Below are positions 48,836 to 59,182 of a DNA stretch of 64,000 nucleotides, piece after piece; the stretch's first letter is position 1; every line of letters begins with the position of its first letter. The DNA comes from Xylographa opegraphella (lineage: Eukaryota). The notes under the pieces are model-generated. The model did not search any database and had not been told where the DNA came from. It saw only the letters and a list, made by a program, of their open reading frames with translations. The translations under genes were made by a program, and so were the position numbers. Location: positions 682,001-746,000 of the forward strand of contig JALDZX010000002.1 in NCBI GenBank assembly GCA_022813865.1. Reading direction: 5' to 3'.

Positions 48836-50662
48836 TTATGATACCTGCGAAACGCCAGCGGGAATGTAAACGTCTTTGATCGGCTCCTCGGTATCTGGCT
48901 TCAGATCGCTTGATAAAATCTGAGCCATGAGGGCCTCGTCCTCCTTGGAAATTCCGAAATCGTCGTCGTCGATTGGCTCTGATCTATTGGTTTCTTTAAG
49001 AACCACTTCCAATTTGTTCGCGAGACTCTGTTCGAATGCGTTCGTTCGCTTCTCACGTTTCGTATATGGGAATTCTGCAGCTAGACTGCATTCAGTGTGA
49101 CAGTTTACAAGCGCTGGCTTTCCGGCGAGATTATCAGCTTGAATCTGTTCTACGACCTTGGCTTGAACAGGTGGTTTCCTTAGTCCATTTGACTCCAATT
49201 GTGCAGACAAGACACCATTCATGATCGCAGTCTCCTTTAACAATCTGGATTCCTGCTTCTTAGCCGCTGTGGCGTTTATTTGGATTTTTGCAATAGCAAC
49301 TTTCGTGTCGGTTTCGGAAGGCGGATCGATTCTTCCTACAACTTGAGTATTCTTCGATGCTCCAATGTCTAGACCTTCCCCTTGCAACCTTGGCCCACTT
49401 CCACGACCAGCGTTCACAATTGCCTTTCCTGGTTCTATTACACCCTCGATCGTCACACATTCTTTAGACTCATGAGATATTTCTGTCAACTTTGCCGTAT
49501 TTTCTTTGCCGAAGCTTCTGGTTCTGATCACGTTTTCAGACAGACAAGCTTCACGAGACGAGTTGCTCTTTTGTAAGTGTCTGCCAATTTCGGCAACTTC
49601 GGCTTCTCCTGAACGGCTTCCAAATGAGGAGTCGTCGAGTACGTCGCTGAAGTCTATATCCTCAGCGCACAATTCCCCGAGGAGAGCCTCCGTAACACTC
49701 TTCAATGATCTCGGAGACTGTGGTTGAGCTGAAAGGTGCTCTTGTAAGATTCGGATAGACTCTTCGTGAATTAGTGCTTGATTAACTTTGGAGGGCAGCT
49801 TCAAAGGCTCAGCATTATGCTGACATTGCTTCGGAGTGGCGAATAATGACAACTCTAGCTCTCCATGACCTTGTTGACACTCTGATTTCTTTGCTAAGGA
49901 GCCCGATATGGTCTTGGCTTTATGGTCAATAATGACCGCCGAGGACGGTACTTTAGCTTTCTCAGCAACAGAGTGAAGATCGGCATTTGGCTTCGTGGGT
50001 GGCCACTCACTCTCGTCGAAGAATACTTCCGGACTAGATTCTTCAATGGCTAAGATTTTTCTTTTCGCCGGTCGACAATCATCTTGAAATGCTGGAGACG
50101 ATGATCTCACATGTTTTTGGGAGGGTCGGTAAGGAACTTGTGAAGCCGAATATGGTGTTACTCGTGCTGAGAGTCTCGAGCTTCTTGCTTTCGATACGTC
50201 TAGAAACATAGGAACTGAGTCAACTGCTAAATCTTGTCGACCTTGGCTGTCTTGGCTGTCAAAGACCCAGGCATCCTCCATGCTGGGATCACTACTGTCA
50301 TTTTCGTCGTCGAATTCATCTGCAATATCATTCACATTATCATCGTCACTCGAGGCTCCAATCGGGAAGAAGGTATGCATTCTAGTCTGTCGAGGACTAA
50401 TGTAGCCTTCTTCTACGACTGGTAGTCCTCTCTTTAGCCTCTCCTCCATCTCTTTCGTCTTTTTCTTCTCTCGCTTCTCTTTGTGTATCTTCGCTCGCTT
50501 CTCATTGTCCCGAATGTTCTGTGCTCGCTTCAAGAGAAGGTGCTGCCGAGCTAAGGCCTTAACCTCCCATTCTGAAGGCCCTGCAGGGCCTGACTTCTTG
50601 TATGCGGCCTTGGCTTGCTTACTTGTCATTGCCGGGTACTTGACCTCTGGTTTTGCTGGCAT
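48836..50662 (-). CDS. Paralog of the 29971 protein with a PIP box; possibly C-terminally truncated
   Basis: MPAKPEVKYPAMTSKQAKAAY...charged helix...EEGYISPRQTRMHTFF; the frame stays open past two stops to 48221. Confidence 0.75.
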   Translation of the reverse strand: MPAKPEVKYPAMTSKQAKAAYKKSGPAGPSEWEVKALARQHLLLKRAQNIRDNEKRAKIHKEKREKKKTKEMEERLKRGLPVVEEGYISPRQTRMHTFFPIGASSDDDNVNDIADEFDDENDSSDPSMEDAWVFDSQDSQGRQDLAVDSVPMFLDVSKARSSRLSARVTPYSASQVPYRPSQKHVRSSSPAFQDDCRPAKRKILAIEESSPEVFFDESEWPPTKPNADLHSVAEKAKVPSSAVIIDHKAKTISGSLAKKSECQQGHGELELSLFATPKQCQHNAEPLKLPSKVNQALIHEESIRILQEHLSAQPQSPRSLKSVTEALLGELCAEDIDFSDVLDDSSFGSRSGEAEVAEIGRHLQKSNSSREACLSENVIRTRSFGKENTAKLTEISHESKECVTIEGVIEPGKAIVNAGRGSGPRLQGEGLDIGASKNTQVVGRIDPPSETDTKVAIAKIQINATAAKKQESRLLKETAIMNGVLSAQLESNGLRKPPVQAKVVEQIQADNLAGKPALVNCHTECSLAAEFPYTKREKRTNAFEQSLANKLEVVLKETNRSEPIDDDDFGISKEDEALMAQILSSDLKPDTEEPIKDVYIPAGVSQVS

Positions 50663-51087
50663 GATGTCGTTGGAATCGGGACTTGCGGTTCGGCTTTGGG
50701 TTGCAGAGAGGGGGAGATATGGGCAGCGATATGAAAGTATTGAGGTTGAAGTAGAACTTGTGCAAAGGTGCGTAGGGGAAGATCCGAAAGTTGCAGGAGC
50801 AATGGAGAAGAAGAAACAACAGCAACGAAACAAACAAAGCATGCCATGATGGGACACCGATTGACACTGGAGCTCCAGGCTGGAGAGTAAACATGTCTTT
50901 ACCCATCAACACCACAGGCCGAGCAGGTGTTGACAATCGTCACTCTCCCAACAATAGTAAGCCCTAACTAGGCTCTGGTGTTCTAAGACACAGCCTGCCA
51001 TCGCGGACGGTAGGGATTTTGCCAGAGTCATTCCATTTTCCACTCTTATATACAACCGAAAAGCAAACATCATATATACAGTTTGAG

Positions 51088-51207
51088 ACTCCTAGGCGAC
51101 GAACTCCTAGGCGACGAACTCCTAGGCGACGAACTCCTAGGCGACGAACTCCTAGGCGACGAACTCCTAGGCGACAAACTTTCAAACGACAAACTTTCAC
51201 GCGACTG
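51088..51207 (+). repeat. 15-bp minisatellite ACTCCTAGGCGACGA (5 exact, 1 single-mismatch and 2 degenerate copies)
   Basis: Read directly; no unique spacers. Confidence 0.95.
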
Positions 51208-52507
51208 AAAGGGTAAAGCCTTCTACAAGAGCCGAACCGTCCAAAGACGTGAAGACAAGAAACGAGAGAAAACAGAGAATGATAGGATAGAAACCGATGC
51301 TAAAGCAAACGCTCCCACAGCCATATGAAAGGAGTGTCAGAGTCGTTGACCACTCTCGTCCTGAGTATGAGTTATCTGACTCGGAAGACATTCCTGGACT
51401 CACAACGTTCGCCGTGTTGTGAATGACTGCCAAGCTTGGGATGCGGAACGACTTGCACACTACCGACAATACATGTAAGGTAACTAATGGAGAAACACTT
51501 CTGTAATTCGATCTCCTGTTTATGATAGTTGCGAATCGCTTCTTCCAGTGCAAGGAGGGAATCACTCCCATATGACATTAACCGCATTCGGTTGAATGAG
51601 AACCTCAACCCTCATCTCATAGGGACGACAACCCGCATTTTATATCCCATCGCAAATACTCCGTCGCACAAGCTACTCAAACCAGATAAGCAAGAAAGCA
51701 CTCACTTGCTCGTCTAAAGGACTGCAAGGTCTAGCGACTCGGGCTCCGAAACGTGAAATCACCTCCCCAGGAGCTGGCATGCGGGGTTTGTGTACAGAGG
51801 TGGAGTGGTGGTTTGAGTCGGGAAGAGGTTCAATCATATGCTGATTGTACATTATCGTCCAGCTCCACGGGGTCGTCATCGTCGGCCGGGAGATTCAGAT
51901 CGGAGATTTGAGCCTGGCGCTCGCTGACCGATTCGTTATCAACCCGCTGGCGAGGTTTATTCATTTGTTCAACAAACCTGATGGTAAAGTCGAGCCCGGG
52001 AGCAACAAAGTGCATGGCATTATTAGTAGACAGTGTGTTTCTGTATATTTGGGATAAGTTACAGCTGCTAGAATTATTCAGACTTCAAACGAAATCTGGA
52101 AGTTTTCAGACGCCGGCTCAACAAATATATCAATTTCGTTCATGTACTGCAAACATGAATTCACAACAAACCTCATCGAATCATCAATGTTGAAATGCTT
52201 GGCACTTGATGACTAGACGCTTAGTCATGTATGTACATGATCACCCCAAGCATACCATATCAAGGGCGCTATTGGTGCAGGCTGGTCAAATTACCTGACC
52301 AGGCTGTATAAGGTAGTAAGGCTAGCTTCCATTTCGTATGATCGGATCACAGCACGGGGCTGACCTGCTCCGTCGCGTAATGTCTCGTTACGAGCTGCTT
52401 GGGGTGTGCATGATCAGATTTAGCCTCACGGTTAAACATCAAACCTTTACCAATACAATATATGAATCCCAACAATCAACCATTAACTCGACCGAAAGCA
52501 CATGAGG

Positions 52508-53749
52508 CTATCTGACCACTATATAGTCAGCGTGATATTCGAAATACGGTGAAGATACATACACCCATCTACTCAGCACCAAGTGACCCTTCGTATCGAC
52601 ATCTTCATGCTGCGTTGCAGCAACCGATGGTATATGCTCAGAGGCTTGAGAACCTGTCGGGACGCAGATCAAGCTCTTCTTAGTCCCTTCCCGGTTGATA
52701 AAAGGTGTCTGAGGGACACGGATGTTGCTATCATTTTGGCAGCCATGGCGGAGCGGAGGTGTTCTAGGAACCAAAATCCTGGGCAGATTGGGATAAGCCC
52801 GGGCGACTCGTGGCGTGCAAGGAACTGGAATCTCACTACCTGGTCTGCCTGCAGGTTTTGACATGGGGCTGCAGGGGACCTGGACTATAGCCTGGGGGAG
52901 CCCTGGTGATGCTTTGCGTGAAGGTGTTGCCATGATGATCGAGGTTGTTCGGTGCTTGACTGGAATTTGAGAGCTTGAGCTCTGGTATACATTTGCAGAA
53001 TGAGGTACGCAAGTTAAACCAGATCCTTGGGTAGGTGAGGCTGGTATTTGAACCACGGGTGATATTATCGATTTATTACACATCTGGTTCAGTGGCGACT
53101 CCTCAATGATAGTGCTTGGGCTTTCGCCGCGCCTGGATGTTCTTATTCCGCCATTGACTGCAAAACCCGCCACATTGTTTGCGGCATCGTTACCCTCGAT
53201 GCTGTTCATGTTACAAGCTTGATGTGGGCGTTCAGCACGATCGACCATTTTCCCAATTCTCCGACCATTACCCGACAGGCTGGCACCGAAATCAACGACT
53301 GCTATACCCAGGTTGCCGGAGATTGACGAGCAATTCTGAGTCTTGGCCACCTTCTTTGGCGGCGCGATGCTAGCAAGATGAGCGTTATCCACGCTGTCAC
53401 AAGCCATTTCATTAATGAGCCTCTTGTTGCAATTCGAGAATTGTAGCTTCGGAGCAACCTGCATCATTGCTCGTGAGATGCTTTCTGTAACCCCATTGAA
53501 TTTGTTGGAAACGATCAGCTGCAATGCAGGATCGCCATCCAAAATGGGATCGGCTCCATCGTCAACGTTATACTGCTTCTTTCTGTGTGACTTGGGCTTT
53601 TCGGTGCCAATGCCTCGCCAGGACCCCATTGCAACATTCCACCATTCTTTCTGTTCTGCAAAGATCCGTAGACTTTTGTTATCTCGTGCCTGCTAATTGT
53701 ACTTCTTCTCATGATTCCTAGAAAGAGCTTTTACCTGCTTGAATGTCAT
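52508..53749 (-). pseudogene. Disordered protein with repeated VPx[ST]P motifs; degenerate family N-terminus interrupted by TAG (pseudogene or short intron)
   Basis: MTFKQVKA (ATG 53749) is in frame with ORF 52508..53629, with TAG at 53693-53695 between them. Confidence 0.5.
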
Positions 53750-55976
53750 TGAAAGAACATGCCCTCGTCGTGCAGGAATATTCACCTCCCGTTGATCATA
53801 CGCCGAGTGATCTGACATAATTCAGAAAACTGAAAGTAAAATCTAAGACAACTTTGTTGTTGCTGACCTTGATGAAGTTGTGCCAGGTAGGAGCAGATAG
53901 TTGTATGGAGTTGCAACTTGTGAACAATAATGAGAGAGTTGAGTATGAGTACATAATACTTCTGGTGGTAGACGCCCTGCATCAACACAAGGTGACAATA
54001 GGAACGCAACAATAGCATGCAAAAACCACAAATAAGTGAATCAACATACTCCCTACAGACCGAGCTAGCAATCCACGAAGGGACACTACTATTCATCTCA
54101 TATATAAACATGACAGACATATAACCCAAGACGTGCTCGAAAACCACTTCAATATTCATATCTGGAACGTATCAAGTTCTCAAGGGAGTCGATATAGTAC
54201 TAGGCAGCCTCCATATAACGCTTGTGCCTTCACAGTATCAGAATAGAGGCTGTGTAATGTTCGCGATGCTATCATCACAAACATCAACATCGATGTGGAC
54301 GGAGGGATATCGTAGACGAGGACCTTGGAGATAAACCCTGTTGTTCTATTCCTCATCGTGATACTTCAAGACGAGAATCTCCAGCTCAGCTGTAATCAAA
54401 CGACTAATTTTTTGTTAGCAAAGGTCTCTAAGACTTATACGATGGACCGAAGTGACCGGGTGTATTATTTGAAACTTCAAAGAGCGTATTCACATCTCTA
54501 ACAGCAGCCTAGAAATCCCAAAGCGCCTCTCTTACAATCCTAATCCTACTTTCCGGATAGGCACCTGCTGCTGCATCGATACAGTGTCTTTTGGCCGGTT
54601 CACTGTACGAGACGGGAAGAATAACTCCATGCCCTACCGACGGGATTATACAGGGTTATTTAAACAATCATCCATCGTCCAGCATGGAAAGACTTGGAAA
54701 GGCCTCGAAGAGACGTTATCGTTCAACGAGGAATGCCCGCAACCTTGACTATGATACCGAATGACTATCCTCCTATCAGTTCGCGACAATATCAAGTGAA
54801 CTGGGAGACTTACAATGAACCCCAGGGCTGGAAAATTTATCTCGAAGATTCTAATTCCAGCCAATACATGTTTAGACCAACTTTTGATTCATCTGCAATG
54901 CTTGCAGGCGGCTGCTCTATACATTCACCGTTCTAAGCATGACCAATCGTGAGATTTGCAGAAAAAGCCAGCTCGCTACGAGTACACTCCCTCGTCTTCA
55001 CTAGGTAAAGGAAGAAAGATACTGTTTCAACAGATGATCCTTCGGTTGAAGCCATGAAGCGAGCACGTAACGCATGAACACTCGTGGGAGAGCAAAAAGC
55101 CGGCGCTAGAATATAGAAGGAGAAAGCTCTGGATCAAAGGTCGAAACGATGTTGTTCAGATACATCTTCAATAGATGTCTATTCTCGTGTCTATGGCGGG
55201 AACAGTGTTAATGCTGATAAAACCTCTCAGCTGATTCTGAGAGTGCACAGTTTCATGGGAACAACTGATTTGTCGTATAATAACGAACGACATCGCCCGC
55301 GGACGAATTAGCCAGCATATGTCTTGCGCAAGAGCGTCGACTCGGTGTATTGCAAACAGTAATACAGAAGTTTCTGCTTCATGAGTGAAACGAATCGAAA
55401 CGTTGGAGCCATGAAATTAAGAAGTAATCTAAGACCAGCTTGAACTAAAACGGACTAATCCAGGGTACTAGTATGCCAAGGACAGCTTAGTTAACCAGAA
55501 GTGGTAAGACTTCTAGCTTCATCTTTCGTGCAGGATACCTTACACACCATCATGGTAACATTGAGTAGCTTCTTCGTTTCTCGCAAACCTCTGTCCCCTT
55601 TGTGATATATGTGATCATTATATCACTCAAGCGGTCTTTAACCAAACATTTGCTCTCAACCAACAATCGCTAGAAAGCTCAAGCTCACTGCGGAAGGGTA
55701 GGATGCATACATTGTTATTCATGAATTATTTCTCTCCTGACTGTTTCTTTCCCATCTCCACTATCTCCTACCAGTTTCTACTGACTGTTCCAGAGAGGCA
55801 AACATGCGGGATAAACATCACCCACATTGTGCATGTAATGTTGGTTTCCCTATTACCATATGTATGCACCTAAGCTGGCACCAGCTACATGCCAACCTCT
55901 ACCTTTGCTTGTAGACACCCAAATCTCTCTATGAACTCGAAACATAGATCAGCAATCGTCACTATCGATAAATCTG

Positions 55977-58196
55977 TCATTGATAGGCTGTCCCTCCACT
56001 CCCAAAGCCGTCCATGCTTTGGCCTAATCCGTTACTTAGTCGCCTACTACCGCCAGGACCAACGCTCTCACGCTGTCCTATAGGACTGCTCATTCTCCTC
56101 TCTGCTCGGTCGTGTCGAGGATGTAACTGATTGCTGTTGCCACTAGCATCCGACAGCATATCACGCCGTATCACAAGGGGGTCGTCCTCCACAGCAAAAT
56201 CATCTTCTAAATCGTTGGGTTCTTCGGTTATTCCATCAAGATCCATAACTTGCACAGCCGAAGACCTTGCACCATTTTCTGCAGAATCTCGTCCCTGTGG
56301 TAAATTCTCTTCATCATCATCTTCATCCGAGTCGCTGTCTTCTGTTCCCCCAAAGCCTTCCATCTCAATGAGCCACCAGACCGGCACATTGCCGAGTGCC
56401 GCAAGACCTGCTATTGTAAACCAAGGGATTATAAGATAGCCTAAGTCGATTCCCAATGTGAATACGCTTCCTCCAATTGTCGGTCCCACGGCCCTACCAA
56501 TGGCAGAAAGTGAAGTTGCGACACCATTGAGCGTTCCTAATAACCTTAAACTTCGTGCAGAATTCGTCAAAAGAATCGTGGTACACGGAAATGCGAAGAT
56601 ACCAGCGCAGCTTTTTAGTAACATAACACAGAAGATGGCGATCTGCTGTGTAATTGGTGTGGGCAAGAGAACCGTGAACGGTGTAAGGAGGTATACCAGA
56701 GGAAATGCAATCGTACAAGCTTTCAGGCAAGGCAAAATACCGAAGCGCCGAGCAACAGGAGGAAAGACTAAAAATTGGACAATCATGCCAAACACACCGT
56801 ACAATGTGAATAACAAACCGATTCGTCCAGAGTCCAGGCCCATACCGCCCGCGAATTTGAACGGAAGCTGAACATCGGGCGATGTTGCGCGGCCAAGTTG
56901 AGGAGGCAGATGCATGAATACTGGTAATAGTTGGTCATATGTGACACTGTGCATGGCCAGAAGAGTATACGTAAGCAGGTTGATGTTCGATTGTGGAGAG
57001 AAAACATCGCGATAGCTTAGTGGAGCTGTATTTGCGGTCTTTCTAGAAGCTTGGTTTGCCTCACGATCCTCCTCATGTACTTCAGTTGCAGAGTCCCACG
57101 AGCCCATACGTGCGTGTTTGAGAAGTGAGGATGATTGTTCCTCACCAGACCTCCATTGGAATTTGTCCCTTTTTTTCCTGAACATTCGAGTCAAAAGCTT
57201 CCCAAGGACAAGACCGTAATCACGATGGTGTTTCTTGGTCTCCAATGTCTCCTGCGATGTATCAGCCTCAGGGGGTTCTATCTCGTTCTGTTCATCAGAC
57301 AGACCTTCAGAAATAGCAAACCTGTTGACACTCCAATCACCATCAGGGCCGAAGCCATCATGTTTGGCAATGCAAAGGGGAACGTAGTGAAGAAGCCTTC
57401 GGTCCCAAATATTTCTGGATATCTGGTAGCAGGCTTGGCTAGCGCTCCACCTATTATGGGTCCAAAAATGCTTCCAATTGTCCTTTGGTACAAACATAAG
57501 TTGAGTAGACTTGTCACCAGCGTTTTGGAATGATGCTTTACTTACCAAACTAGAGGCATGACACTGAAAGCCCGTGGCTGCAAGATCTTCTGCGGAACCA
57601 TCTCTGCAACGGTTGTCCGGATAATACCTACAGTCCCGTTACTGGCACCTGCAAAGGCTCTTGCAGCGATTGCCCAGGCCAGCGAACGAGAAAAGCCAAA
57701 TAAAAGTGATGCGCTCATTGTACAAAACAAGCCTATCAAGATGATAGGCTTACGACCAAACAGATCCGATGCACGACCCCAAGCTATGGCAGTGATGCAC
57801 TGAGCCAGCGAGAACACGGCTGAAGTAATGCCAGCCTAAGACCGGGTGAGAAATTGACCCCACACCAAAGATGGTTGGAGGCTCACCCATTTAGCAATTT
57901 TATTCTTGGGAACGTTGAAGCTTTCTATCATCTCAGGCTGGGGACCGGTCAGTAATGGCAGGGCTCTGCGAGATTTCACGCACCAAATACGGAAACACAG
58001 ATGTCAATGCAACTATCAGCATTAGTTGAAGCCGGAGATACGCTTGAGAGAGGCTTCACCTGGTTCAGCAAAGCGGCATATCGCTGGAAGCGAACATTAG
58101 CCCCGAGTCCTTCAATGCTTGGACAATTGTGCCAGTCTTACAAAGGATCAACAGCTGTTTCACCGGCAACTTTGGTTCCTTGTGTGATTTCCCCAT
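55977..58196 (-). CDS. Major facilitator superfamily transporter (YCR023C/ZIF-like), multi-exon
   Basis: MFS motif A WGRASDLFGRK; IGSIFGPIIGG; GTLNGVATS...RAVGPTIGG; 12-TM pattern; ATG 58196 (MGKSHKEPKLPVKQLLIL). Confidence 0.9.
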
Positions 58197-59182
58197 GATC
58201 TTGGCGGTCGTACTAGTATGGACTGATGCGTATCTGGTGTTTGGTCGTGTATCATGTCTCGTAAAGATACAGCGTCTGAATGCTAAAATCAAGATCTCCT
58301 TGGAAAACGAGTGACAGTAATCGAGCCGCAAAGCAGCAAAGTGACCAAATGAGGACTGAAAATCTACAGACAGTGTACAAGTGGAAAGCAAACGAAAAAC
58401 CACACTCAATGATGCGCAACGTGAGAACCCCAGTCATAGATAAAGCGCCCTGGGGCAAGAGCCCGATCGGTTAGCGGCAAAGTCCAAAGCCCCACCACAG
58501 GCTACTGGTGAGCCATGTCCGATTGTGACAGGTGGAATAACAGACGGGCGGCGCCCTCCACCTTGATTGGCCAACAGCATGTTTAGCCGCAGGGACTTTG
58601 TATAGCCTCACTCCGTGACCCGATGTGGTCTATGGTCGTTCCAGGATTTCTCTCAGGGGTGGTATGTACATAGTAGGACCCCGCCAAAACTCACTAGAAT
58701 TCTTAGTGTAGCAGACGATAATTCGACTGATTTGGTGATTGAGGACATCGCACGGTTTGTCTGGTACCTCGATATACATTTCATCGTAACATATGCAATA
58801 TCTCCACGATAGCTGTTGCCGTGATTCTTGCCGTCGGGTGAACTGGCCGTAAGAGCATGAGCGCCACTTGTGAGCGCCACATGCTCGCTTCAGTGCCAAT
58901 ATATGTAAGGCTGAAGAAGCCGCTATTGGAGCATTTCGCGCTAGTCTCAGGCTTGAAGTTCTTGTCTCTGCCATCTCGCGTTTACACACAAGAGAGCGGG
59001 TTGGCTATCTGGGTTGTACCATCATCGCTTTATCCTCGCCCCAAAGCGCGTTAAGGTTCTCTATCGGTCTGTCCTGATCCACATACTGCAAGGAGATCGA
59101 GGCGGCAAGCAGTCCCGGTGAAGGCTACGACAACAACGCAATCGGGCTGAACTGATTCGAGAAGGCTAGCGACGGCGTTGGT

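Noticed and set aside
50663..50857. N-terminal 65 aa of the listed 673-aa ORF
   Set aside because: Homology with the paralog begins near MPAK/MTSKQ; the upstream part looks like a pyrimidine-rich leader.
51088..51207. CRISPR-like array
   Set aside because: Units are directly adjacent with no unique spacers, there are no cas genes, and the context is eukaryotic; it is a minisatellite.
53782..55900. Possible gene relic in a lower-GC region
   Set aside because: Short stop-interrupted frames with no recognisable family; cannot be supported without a homology search.
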